A DNA stretch of 63,975 nucleotides, counting the filler, from Bigelowiella natans CCMP2755 (taxonomy: Eukaryota > Protista > Cercozoa), in assembly GCA_000320545.1 (NCBI GenBank). It is 6 parts of 6 records of this genome, joined end to end, with 100 filler letters (N's around TTAATTAATTAA, not from the genome) between each part and the next. Parts side by side here need not be neighbours in the genome. Positions count along the whole stretch, not along the records: positions 21,092 to 39,537 come from ADNK01001175.1; positions 39,638 to 60,594 come from ADNK01001425.1; 4 more parts are not named here. One strand, 5' to 3'. A model generated the notes under the pieces. The model saw only the letters and a list, made by a program, of their open reading frames with translations, ran no database searches and was not told the origin of the DNA. Shown piece by piece: positions 28,874 through 40,533 of the stretch. A program made the position numbers and the translations under genes. Every line of letters starts with the position of its first letter. The first letter of the stretch is position 1.

Positions 28874-29133
28874 GGGAGAGCGGATAAGGGGGGATTTTGT
28901 ATTGTGTCAAGTTGGTCTGTTGCATGCATGCTATGCATGTATTATGTTTGTACCCGAATCAAGATTTGTCTTGTTTACGCTCGTGTTTCTCCTATGTCTG
29001 TGTGATGTTAGAGAGGCCAAAAGCATACTTAAGGAAGTAAACTCTATTGGCTTTGAATCATTCACTTCGCCATCAGTCTTAATTCCTTTCCAAAGAGACA
29101 GTCGCTATATAATGACGACGACGACAACAAATG

Positions 29134-29175
<42 letters not shown>

Positions 29176-30345
29176 GAAACAACGTTATTTACACCGTCAC
29201 CACCACCACTTAGGGAAGTGGAGAGTATAAGGTATACAGACTGATTGGAATGAAGTTGATTGAAGGCATGATGGCATCAGATCCTAAGAAAAGGTTTGAT
29301 GGTGGTGATGATGATGATGATATGATGATAATGAGTGGTTGTGTGCGTTGTGGTGACGAACGATCGAGCTGACATACTCACAGAATAAATGTAATCCTGA
29401 TGCACACTACTACCATTCATTCAACCCAATTTGGATTTCGTAACCGTGGCGGCAGGTTAAGCATTAAGGATGTTAAAGAAGACGAATATGTGAGCGGTGA
29501 AGACGCTCCTAATTTTGGCGAGGTTCTTTTCGTCCATATTTCATTATTTGTTTGACTTTTAAACAGTTGCAAAACAAGCGTTGCACACACGAGCAGCAGG
29601 CATCGCGATGACACCTCAGTTTCTTAATTTCCTTCTTTTCGTAAACTTCCCATGATCCAACTTGTTGATGACGTATGTTGCTCTTGGGGGAAAACGCTCA
29701 AGCTTTGCTGGAGTTTGTTATCACTATGTTTCAATCCCCCCCCTCCATGCGTCCTCACATTGTAGTTTTTTCCTTTGCTGTCACCAGGCGGAGCTTGAAG
29801 AAAAAACCGACGTTTTATACAAGGTCATCCATTAATTACTAAATGATTTCAGGCAGACGGTGTGGCGCTAGTCTCTTCCCTTTTTGGTTTCATTCTCTTC
29901 TTGATTCTTCCTCAACCCTTTTAGATTGAAAGATTTAGCGAACATGCGGTTGTTGATTAGGACGTCAAAAAAAGTCTGGAAGCATCGAAGCGGAAAAAAA
30001 CTAAAGTTAAGACCAGAGGTAGTATCTACAGAGAGTCCGATCGGACCTCAATCCTACATCGTTCAAATCTTATTGAATATTAGATAGCTTGGAATGGGTC
30101 TTTGATTGCTGATGTTCCTTTGTCACCGCTCATGATGCGTAGATAGATAGCGTAAGAGAAGATGTTTGAAGTTTGTTTGGTATAGCAAGAGAATGCATGG
30201 TCTCTCGTCTGCTCCATCCCTCCCTATAACATCACATGACGACCTATGATCTTCTGGATTTTCAAGGAATTGCTACGGGGAACAATGACTCGCCATTCTT
30301 CAATACATATGTGAGGAAGCAGCCTCGAGGAGCAGCATTTATAGA

Positions 30346-30390
<45 letters not shown>

Positions 30391-32205
30391 TTATATATAT
30401 ATGTATAAAGCGTGAGTATGCGATTGACATTAGTATGCATGATGGAAGTAGTAATAGTTACAATATCCATCTCCTACCCTAATATGAGGCATACAGTTAT
30501 AGTCCAACTACTATTTTCTTGCCAGAAACTTCCGGACTTTGAACTCGGTTATGACGATATCGTGGAGGTGGGTTGTAGTAGAAGATACAGTAGCAAGTGA
30601 TGGTGATGCTGATGACATGATGATGAAGAAGGATGATGGCGCGCTCATGTGTGGGAGAGAGAATTGGCGACAGGATAAATATGGTGATAAGGATAAAGAT
30701 GGTGGTTATAAATGCAGCAAATGCCATAGGAGGGGGGGGAGCAGGAGTGCTTTACATCATCATCACCATTATCGTCGTCGTCGTCGTCGTCGTTGTCGCC
30801 TTCATTGTCACAAAAAAATGATTTACTCTTATTAAAGGATATCGAAGAGAACGGGAAAGTAGTGGCTTATGACCCTGAGTCTGCACTTATTAAGTAAGCA
30901 CTGCTTAAATCGATGACAAAATAGAGAATAATAAGATATGAACGCTGTCCACTTCTACTCCATTATAAAATCCTTGCATGAATGAAGACCACGTTAAGGG
31001 ATGATGATGTATTCGAATGATCTTACACTTCCGTTGGTATATTGATTGAAAACGTAATGATGAACGGAACAGAGAGAAAGTGCAATGCATAGAAATTGTC
31101 AACTCGTGACAATCCAATCGTATGAGTATTCAAACCAAGGGGGAAAGTCATCTGAGAGATTTTTTTAATGCCAAATCTCAAAATACAGTCTTGCCATTCG
31201 AATGATGTTGGAAAACCATAGCTATCTTCTATTCTCACGACTCGTTTTGTATTGGAAAAAAGGTGTTTCACGATGCTCAAGTTTAACGATGAACCAAAGG
31301 AAGCTCTTGGGAGGTAAGTTTTAATCTCCTCCTGTACCAGCAGCTGCACTAATATCATTAGCATTTGAGTTATATATTGTTGACTTACTACTGTGGCCTC
31401 ATCTCTTTCATTCTGAACAGTTATTCTTTTCATACTATGCTTCCTGATGAGAAATTTGTCACTATTTTTTGTCCTTCCTCGTGGCTATGATGTTGTGACG
31501 TGGGAAACGACGGATAGACTCATTTGCATATTTGGAAAAACGTGGAAAGTCGTGGTTCACAAGGACGTTGAGAGCTACTCGGTGATGGTGTCAGATGTGT
31601 GGTTGATTGCATGCCATCGTGTTGCGGTACCAGCACACTCCCGCACATATGACAATAGCAGCTTATGTATATCTTATACGTATTTATATTATATATGTTG
31701 TTTGGTGACGGAATATACATGTCACAGATTCGTGTGAAATGCGACAAAGCAGGGCTCCCCAAGGTAGGACAGCATCTTAAGAACTTAGAGCATGAGATAT
31801 TATTTGGGTCACTTGGAAATATCTGCCGAAATTGCTACAACATTGATTTCTTCTTGGCCACAGCAGAGTTAGACGACATAGCTATGATGTCCAGCGCAAG
31901 GATGATGTGATGTGATGCATGTAGCGGACGCATTGAGACATTGTTTCATGGAATGTGAAGTAATTGCACCACCACCTACCATGGCTATCAGGTTGACGCC
32001 TTGCTGACGGTCTTTCAGGACGGAAAGAATACCTCATCTTCCATAGTTGAGTTCAGGTTAGTGCTAATTCTCATCACGATTTACCCACATCCTCACAGCG
32101 TGAACGTTTCCTTCCAATGTATTTGTTGTTTTCAGGAATTTGAACTCTGATTTCTTCGAATTCAAAATGTTTTTTGAGGGAGTTTGGGAGAAATATTTCC
32201 TATGA
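25512..32205 (+). CDS. Ser/Thr protein kinase, CAMK group, with C-terminal KA1-like domain; about 20 or more exons
   Basis: Spliced motifs: KGEGAYGSVF, HAVKIV, IVMEYCSKGQLYDY, HCDLKPVNI, VIDFG, CGTPGYMAPEV, KVDIYSAGVVLFEMLYGFPPW, MMASDPKKRLS; terminal IVEFRNLNSDFFEFKMFFEGVWEKYFL* (TGA 32203-32205). Confidence 0.9.
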
Positions 32206-33610
32206 CAACAACATGACATTTTTGCACCTGCGATGCACCAACTGCATGTGTGCACACTTTTAACATGACTTGATCACACCATTCATTCGCCATGCATGCA
32301 CGTATGCACGACCGGGTTCGGTTGTCAAACTTTGAATTTTGAAAATAGACACCAAATCTCAATCACATGTCACACGTCTAATGTGCAAGTGATGTGCAAG
32401 TGTCAAGGGGAGAACCTGAATGGGTGGTATGGTGCATGCGCCCTGCCATTTTCCTACGATCCGCACGTTCGGGGCGAACGCTTGCATGCGCTTCATGGTT
32501 TCTTGCCTAGCTAGGCACAGTGTGCGGCTCGTTGCATGGCATGTGTGCTGGGTGCTCATGCTGCTGTTCCTCAGTTGTTGCCAGCCCACGTCCCATGTGC
32601 AAATCCAAACTGGCAAAGTCTGGAAGTTCTCATTGGTGCGGGACGCCAGGGTGCATCCTGCTTGTGCTTGTTTGTGTGTGTGTGTGTGTGTGTGTGTGCT
32701 TGTGTGTGCGTGTGTGTGTGCATTTTTAATCAACGCGCACACCATTTTCAAAGTCAGCAGGAAGAGTTGATTCACTGTTCGCGCACTTTGCCACGTGCAC
32801 CACTGCCCATTGCTGCCACTGCTGCTGCCACTGACACACTCAGTCTGCTTCCCCGAAAAAGAGAAACGCCCCTGAGTGAGTTTCAACAAAGTTCAATTCA
32901 CATTTGACAGCTGCCATCACACTCTAGCACTGTCATCGCCACCATCGTGCTGCTCAAGTCCTCCCGATGGTTTTTGTTCACTGAGGCGCTGCTGCCTGTG
33001 CCACGCTAGCACGTCTAGACGTGCACACGCTTGTCTCCCGTGTGGTCCTTGCACACATGGTTTGCATCAATGCTTTGTTCAATGTTCAATGTTCATCATC
33101 GTCATCATCTAGATCATCACCATCATCGTCATTGCCAGATTCCAGAGATTGTCGTCGCCTGTCGTCACACACCACTGACACCATTCTAGCATTGTCACTC
33201 TTGCTCTCCCCTCGCCGTTACTTTCAGTGGATCTCCACGACAAAAACGAGCTGAACTTCCTGCAGTGGGAAAATCTGTTCAAAGTGCACTGCCACGTGCA
33301 ACCAATCATCCAGGCTCCGGCTAGCCGGCAAATTGCTAGCCGGGTGCGAGTTGGTCATCCATGGATGCGGCCTGACTGTCGTCGTCTTTTTTTGGTTTCT
33401 GCAAAAAAGGGACTGCATTTCTCAAGCTTTCAAAGGATTTTGCAAGTCGTAGGGAGATGTAGCTAAAAGAAAGAAGAAAGGGATCGCATTTCTGAAACAT
33501 TTTAAGGATTTTGCAAGTCGCAGAACATGGAATGTGCTGGACACAAGCACCGTTCCCAGGCGACGTGCAACCACTGGAAGCACGACCAACTCACAAACCC
33601 CATCCCTTAC
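32206..33610. other. TpA-depleted intergenic block 2, possibly an eroded gene or repeat remnant
   Basis: 32501-33440: 11 TA by eye, 9 of them in CTAG. Confidence 0.88.
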
Positions 33611-33618
33611 AGACAAAG

Positions 33619-34689
33619 ATGTACTTCATACTTTTGGCTGCCCTTGCCACACTCGCTCCTACTACCGAAGCAAAGGCGTGCAAAACCCTGGACTCCATTA
33701 ACCTAGACAAATACGTCGGGCGCTGGTAAACATCATTTTGCTGAGAATCTCCTCTGTCGCATTTCTCGAGAGCCGAGTGTGAGCAAAGCATTTAGTCGAA
33801 GAATATGTTGTTGTGCAGGTATAATATCTACTACGATAAGTTTGACACGCTCTTTTCAACTCAAGAGTGTAGCTCCGCATATTATGTGAAGGTTGGACGA
33901 CTAGGACAGACATTATATAACAACTAATGATGGGGTTAGATAGGATTGCAAATTTGAGGTATGAAAACCACGGACCTGAGCAGAGGTTGGTATTCTTAGG
34001 TAAACGAGACGTTCATCACTGTGAACAACTCTGGAACGGTGCCTGATAAGAAGGTAGACAAGACAAACATTTGCTTTTTCGCAATATGGCCTTCTCACTT
34101 GGAGATCGCGAGGCTGGCATTTTCCCCAGTTTTTAAAAAACCTTTTTCTGACCTTTTTACGATTCTCATCAAATATTCTGGTAGGGCAACCTGTTTTACA
34201 CTGGTTTCGTTTCGCTGGTGGATGCTTCTCGGCCAGCTGAATTCACTCTGCACCTTGATGGAGTGCCCATGGATGCTACCTATTATATTTGCGAGTAATT
34301 CAAAATGGTTGAATATTAGTATCATTTTCCTACATGTTAATGCTTGTAATAATACTTAGTGTCGGAGCTGATACCTATGCAGACTATTACTATGAGTACT
34401 CTATCGTCACAGATAAATCAGGTGGGTCTTTATATGCTCCAGAATTCTTCGCTTTGATGTTTTTTTACCTAAGATGTAGTTCTAATCAAGTTCTATTATT
34501 TGAACAGGGTTTTCGCTTTATGTGTTGGCGCGGGATGTGGATCAATTCGGCGAGAAATTCGATCAAGAGGTCCAAGAAAAACTTAAAGCTCTGGGCTATA
34601 GCGGAATTATATGGGGCCCAATGAAGAACAACCAAACGTCTTGTCCAGATTTTGAGCCACATTGGAAACCCAATCCTCCCCAAAAATAA
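33619..34689 (+). CDS. Secreted lipocalin (ApoD/Blc-like), 6 exons
   Basis: Signal peptide MYFILLAALATLAPTTEA; SCR1 NLDKYVGRWY; YEYSIVTD; SCR3 LYVLARD; stop TAA 34687-34689. All introns GT-AG. Confidence 0.9.
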
Positions 34690-34797
34690 GATCGGCTTAA
34701 TTAGAGCTCCCTCAGAGAAAGACTTCAACTCGAATTTAATGTGCTCCAAATAGCAGCATCGTGGTATCAGCATCTCGAAATGGTAGACATGCAATAC

Positions 34798-34835
<38 letters not shown>

Positions 34836-34956
34836 TATAATACGCTGTATATATAGTGTATTGCTGTGTCTATTATCGAAAATAATCTGTCTTTTTAGCT
34901 ATAGAGCACAATAGCATCCAAGCGTATCGCCAAGCATTTGTCGTAAGTGTGTGCAT

Positions 34957-34996
<40 letters not shown>

Positions 34997-35001
34997 AAGT
35001 G

Positions 35002-35079
35002 TGAGACGAATGTAATGAAGTAATTCAATGTTTTCAATGGTCATCCTAATGTAGCTATGCAAAACAGCGGCCACAGCGC
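35002..35079 (+). mobile_element. Left-end copy of a MITE/foldback family terminal repeat
   Basis: tgagacgaatgtaatgaagtaatt..ttttcaatggtcatcctaatgtagctatgc..cagcggccacagcgc; inverted match to 38036-38113 and homologous to the ends of 51632-52309. Confidence 0.75.
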
Positions 35080-35479
35080 AAGCGCCTACGCGAACCCTGT
35101 AGCCGGAAAACCTTTACAAACATGCGTTATGACATGTGCTGACTGCGTACGCGTGCGTACCTAGCTACGTCAAGAGGCAACATTGCCTCTTTAACAGCGC
35201 ATTGCGCGCAGATGCGCCCATGTGCAGTTTGTGACTCAAATGAGATGATGCCCACATCAGACATAAACATCGATTATGTGCGGTCGCAAAAACTCAAAGA
35301 GTGTTACATTGAACGTACGATATTGTATGCTGATCAATGCGCATCGTCACGCATTCTCACAAACTCATTGTGCTACAGACAAGCAACACCACCATCCCAG
35401 GTACAGTGTGCGAAGTTGGTAAGAGTAGGGCATGGCAATCATCCATCGGCCAGAATCATCGAGCCATTAACACCGCAGC

Positions 35480-36862
35480 TTAGAGCTCGTCCTTGTCGGC
35501 GGGCTTGCTGCCTTTAGGACCCGAAAATTCGTCCCACGAGATCTTTCCATCTTCATCCTTATCCTCATGCTCGAATAACCCGTCGGGAATGCTGTCAAGA
35601 CCCTGCGCGGTTTTGAACCACCCCAAGAGCTCCTCTTTGGTGAGGAAGGAGTCATCATCGGCATCGATTTGGCCGAAGATGTTCGGCTGCTCCTGCGCGG
35701 GCGCGGAGTCGGTAATGTCAAGGCACTCTACCTCGAAGTTCAGAGTCGCGCCGCCTGGTATTGCTCCTGGTGTAACACGGGATAAGGCAGAAGAACAAAA
35801 AGGTTATCTTATATGGGCGAGACCGCAGTACAGTGAGAATCCTCGGACTGCTTTGGGAAACAACGCGAGAGGATGAAATGCAGTTTCGTAAAAACCACGA
35901 ATTTTCCTTGTGCCGTGTGGCTACTAATTACTGCTGATGTAATGACAGCATCACCACCGCCACCACCGCCACCACCACCATCACTATGACACAGTAACCA
36001 CGATCCTCAGCATACACCACAAGTGCTATCAGTGCTATTATAGCTGCTACTTCTACTTTTTCTTCTTATTTTTCTCCTACTACTACTACAACAACAACTT
36101 CTATTATCCTTTTTAATTATTTGTAAAGGTGTACCCCCTGCGCCTGAGGAGCCATATCCCATCTCAGGGCTGATGATGAGAGTTCTCTTCTCCCCGATGC
36201 ACATGTCGGTGAGTCCTTGGTCCCAACCTTTGATCACCCTTCCAACCCCGAGTTGGAAGCTGAATGGTGTGCCTCGGTCCACGCTAGAATCGAACTTAGA
36301 CCCCTTGTCGCCTATACGATGGATAACGTGAAGATAAATGCAAGAATCACACACCACGGGGAGCTCATCTTTATCAAGATAGTCGCGACATCTCTGCTTT
36401 TTAGTAGTTTTGCTGTATCATACCGTTCTCGGAGCTCTCGTCAATAGTCCCTGTGTAATGCATAGACAAGTAGTCGCCGTCCTTCGTTTTCCGCTCGCAG
36501 GACTCAGGTAGGAAGGTGGTGATTCTACGCAATCAATGCGGCGGTCATCTCAAATGTGATATCATTTTCGGTAAAATCTAATGCCGGGGGAGGGAAATTG
36601 AAACGGGAACCTCAAAGGTACTTTTTATTCGTAAAAATGGTGTTCGTGCGGATACGGGGGTGGGGCTCAAAGTGCGTGACGTAGGAAAAAAACAATATTT
36701 TGAGATCTTAGGCTAACAACTACGTTGCCCTTCTTTTGCATGTAGCCATGCATATGTAACTTACATCTTCAGTCCATCCTTCTCCACGACCCTATCTTCT
36801 GCGGAGCCGGTGAAAGCGACCAGGGCAAGAACGACGAAGGTGAGGGAGTGGGAGGGTGCCAT
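35480..36862 (-). CDS. ER-resident FKBP-type peptidyl-prolyl isomerase with two EF-hands (FKBP7/14-like), 4 exons
   Basis: Signal peptide [21 protein letters not shown]; [64 protein letters not shown]; EF loops [12 protein letters not shown] and [12 protein letters not shown]; ends KDEL*. Confidence 0.96.
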
Positions 36863-36906
36863 GCTGAAAGATACCGAAAATATCTTTTAAAAATGGAATC
36901 TATTTT

Positions 36907-36994
36907 TTATCTGCGACAACTCATAATCGTTGATGTATATTTGAAAAAAATAGGAGCGATTTCTTATCTGCGACAAGATATATTCGTTGACGTA
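36907..36994. promoter_or_regulatory. Imperfect direct repeat in a 239-bp divergent intergenic region (candidate bidirectional promoter)
   Basis: ttatctgcgacaa..tcgttgaYgta occurs twice with a 57-bp period between the FKBP ATG (36862) and the CCCH ATG (37102). Confidence 0.45.
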
Positions 36995-37101
36995 GTTGTG
37001 CGAAAAAACAAGCTGAGATCCCTCCACTTCCGCTTGCAGGCTCCGAGGGCAGTGTCCGCCCCCCTCTATCGAGATTTTAGAACGAAAACTGACGGAAATG
37101 G

Positions 37102-37797
37102 ATGAGACCGAAGGGCCTCCGCGTTCTTTCAGCTGCTGTCATATACATTTGTCTCCTTCTTTACAATCATAGTAGCAGCAGAGATGAGGATGCAGTCGGA
37201 GCAGCAGCTGAAACAAACCGGCGACGGCGGCTCTCGGGTGGGTTGCCTCAGGGAAGGGTCAAGCGGCGCAAGATTGATTCGGACGAATTAAAGACGAAAG
37301 CATGTTTCGATTTTCAGAAAGTAAGAGCTCTCTTCGCATGAGTTGTGTTATCGCCTTGAAAAGCGCATTTTCCCCAGGGAAATTGTACCCGCAATACCTG
37401 CAAGTTTCTACACGTAAAGGGGAGGCCTGCTCGCCGGCCGGAGAAGAAATCGAGAGAGATATGTTGGGACCATTTGAAAGCCGGGTTCGGTCGCCACGCA
37501 CTCATTACCATTGCCTGATAATGTAAATCATGATTAACATTGTTTTACCCCTCTGCAGGTGTCACCGTGGTGATAAATGTCGTTTCGAGCATGTTCCTAC
37601 CCCCTCCCCGACGCCAGGTCATGCATATATCACCGGATGCTGTTGGATCACACGCTACACTTCTGATTTCATCTTACGATCATATTCTGTCTTTTTTTAC
37701 AGCTGCTTATTCGCACGCGGTGGACAAACCTTGCCGGATGTTCGCGGTTGGAAAGTGCGTGTTTGACGAGATGTGTCGCTTTCGGCATGATAAATAA
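37102..37797 (+). CDS. Three-CCCH zinc-finger protein with hydrophobic N-terminal leader, 4 exons
   Basis: Splicing gives CFDFQK|GNCTRNTCKFLH, CWDHLKAG|CHRGDKCRFEH and CRMFAVGKCVFDEMCRFRH; introns GT-AG and phase-compatible. Confidence 0.88.
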
Positions 37798-38035
37798 AAG
37801 GAAGATACTGAGTAGTATAGCTCGCTCGTAAAATGATTCTCAGTTGGCCAACGGCTGATGAGTGTTTTCTTTTATTATCACGGCATGGCGTTTGCCACAC
37901 AGTTGCTGCTTGCTTTGACAGAAACACTACGACAGTGATGCGAGCAATGTGCAGGCCTACATATGGTGTTGCATTCTCGAGCTGCTACCTACGTTACATA
38001 ATTAATAACAGACGAGATAAATAGATACAACCCAA

Positions 38036-38113
38036 GCGCTGTAGCCGCTGCTTTGCATAGCTACATTAGGATGACCATTGAAAAGATTTAATCACTTCAT
38101 TACACCCGTCTCA
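38036..38113 (-). mobile_element. Right-end copy of the same MITE/foldback terminal repeat
   Basis: gcgctgtagccgctgctttgcatagctacattaggatgaccattgaaaa..ttcattacacccgtctca is the approximate reverse complement of 35002-35079. Confidence 0.75.
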
Positions 38114-38525
38114 CAAATTACATTGAACGATACACTTGCTTACGTTCACTTCAGTTTCGTGTAACACGTGCCAGCATTCATTCCTACAATAACAGCGTTT
38201 AGCACTAGCTAAAGCACGTAGCATACACACAGAAGTATTGGCCATTAGCTTTGCAGACAACATGCATAACAATCATGTAGTGTGTAGCCATAGCAGCAGT
38301 GCTGCCAGATTTAGAGATGTGCATCATCCATTTTATGCAGAATGTACAACATCTACAGACATTATGAGTGCGCACACCTTTTGTGCAAGCGCTAGCAAGT
38401 CTAGAAGTGCCGCGACTTGTTGCTGCGTAGAGGCACGGATACACGGAGCATTCACAATGGACACAGCACATGTCACATGTATTGCAGTCGATCTAGCAGC
38501 AGTGCGCATAGCACAATGTGTTGCA

Positions 38526-38595
38526 TGAGACAGATGTAATGAATTAATTGAATCGCTTTTATTTTTCGTTCAATTGCCATCCCAATCTAGCAATG
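38526..38595 (+). mobile_element. Diverged further copy of the terminal repeat
   Basis: tgagacagatgtaatgaattaattgaatc...ttcaattgccatcccaatctagcaatg aligns with the 35002 copy. Confidence 0.55.
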
Positions 38596-39108
38596 AAGCT
38601 GCCCGCAACAACAACATCGTGTCGCGCATCTAGACATCTGCTATGGACATACGTATACCATATAACATGTGACTAGATGAACACAATTGCACTAATTTAA
38701 ACTAGTAATCGCGTACATTTCATTTCGCATGCTTTGACCAGCGAATTCTTTCGATGAGCTCAGCGGCTAGTCAAGCGGCAATTTGCTCTGCTTCAACAAG
38801 CATTGTTTTGACCATTTTAGCGCTGGATGCATGCATGTAGTAGCATGGACATCCCCAGAAGAAATCGTTTTCGCTTTTATTAATTACACTACACGCCATC
38901 ATCAAATTATTGCATTACGGAGACGGCCAAACCGCACTAGCGCAATGTCAAATACGTGCAATCAGCAAGAGCATCGTAGAAGATGAGTAGAGCTAGCGAA
39001 GATCTTTCAGCTTTATAACTTTTTACTTGACGGCTAGGTCATATTGGTATTATGGATACAGGCACCTCTCATACATATACACATATGAATTTCTACATAA
39101 AATGTGTG

Positions 39109-39139
<31 letters not shown>

Positions 39140-39418
39140 TTCTAGTAAATAATAGCAAATTTTGGGATGTGGCGACGACGACATACGGTGGGAAGAACGT
39201 AATCAAAATGATTACAATTCAGCAAGAGCGTCGTTGCCATAATGAATCAAAGAGGCGCATCTCGCACACCGCACTAGCGGCAGCCAATTTCAATAAACAT
39301 CGCTCAGCTCTCTGATCGATATTCAAATAGTATAGGACGCGTTCTCTCCAAAATGTATTGATGACACACAGATTAATGAGAAAGGACGACGAGGAATAAA
39401 TCAAAACTATACAGCATA

Positions 39419-39459
<41 letters not shown>

Positions 39460-39537
39460 TATATATTATGTAGTAATATACGACGTTGTTGTTGTTGTTG
39501 TGGCAAAATTGCTGCAGTCATCAGGTCCGATGATAGA

Positions 39538-39637
39538 NNNNNNNNNNNNNNNNNNNNNNNNNNNNNNNNNNNNNNNNNNNNTTAATTAATTAANNNNNNN
39601 NNNNNNNNNNNNNNNNNNNNNNNNNNNNNNNNNNNNN
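39538..39637. other. Artificial gap/linker
   Basis: 44 N + TTAATTAATTAA + 44 N. Confidence 0.97.
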
Positions 39638-39639
39638 TC

Positions 39640-40297
39640 TTGCATCTGTGTGAGTGATAGACTGATATTTTCATCAACTTTACGCTGCTGGTTCTGTCCT
39701 TTGCGTGTTGCATATTTATGACGATTTGGTATTTTCCGATCCCCTCTTTGTTCCAGTTCTCGAGCCCCCCCCCTGGTGGTGATTGATGATGAGAACGGAG
39801 GACACAATCGTAAGGGGAAAACATAAGGTAGTAATACGGTTGTTGAATAGTTTGAAAGGTGGTGCTCATGAATAGATAGGCGAACAAACGACGACGAGGA
39901 GGGTGATGATAGTGATGATGATGATGATGATGATAATGCTCTTTATGGTGACAGTATGTATTCTCAAATCATTATTATTATTATAATATAAATACCACAC
40001 ACTATCATCATCATCATCATCATCATCATTTTATGTCATAACCTTTCCGTGTGAAGAGGAGGTTGTGCTGCGAGAAGAAGAAGAAGCAGCGGATACTACG
40101 CATGGCAATGGAGCTAGAAATCCCATGCGGAAGGATGGCGACGACGACGACGACGACGATAGTGTTGATACTGAAGGTGATGCTGATGACTCGGGATTGG
40201 TAGTAGTAGTAGTAGTAGTAGTGGTAGCATTAGAGGCAGCACCACCACCAGCAGCAGCAGCTAACGACTCCATCAAAGCTCTCAAGAAATTGCCTAC

Positions 40298-40330
<33 letters not shown>

Positions 40331-40403
40331 TATCATACGATAACGGTGAACAACAACACATAAATGCCATGTTCTAATGTGATGATGATGCATTTTCTAA
40401 ATG

Positions 40404-40437
<34 letters not shown>

Positions 40438-40500
40438 ATATTATGTTCTCCGTTCTCCTTAGTGCTCTTCTTAGACAAAGGACAACTTTACACAAAATAA

Positions 40501-40533
<33 letters not shown>

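Noticed and set aside
37321-37558. Suspected micro-exon or non-canonical splice in the CCCH gene
   Set aside because: Resolved by an ordinary internal exon (about 37378-37484) with GT-AG boundaries.
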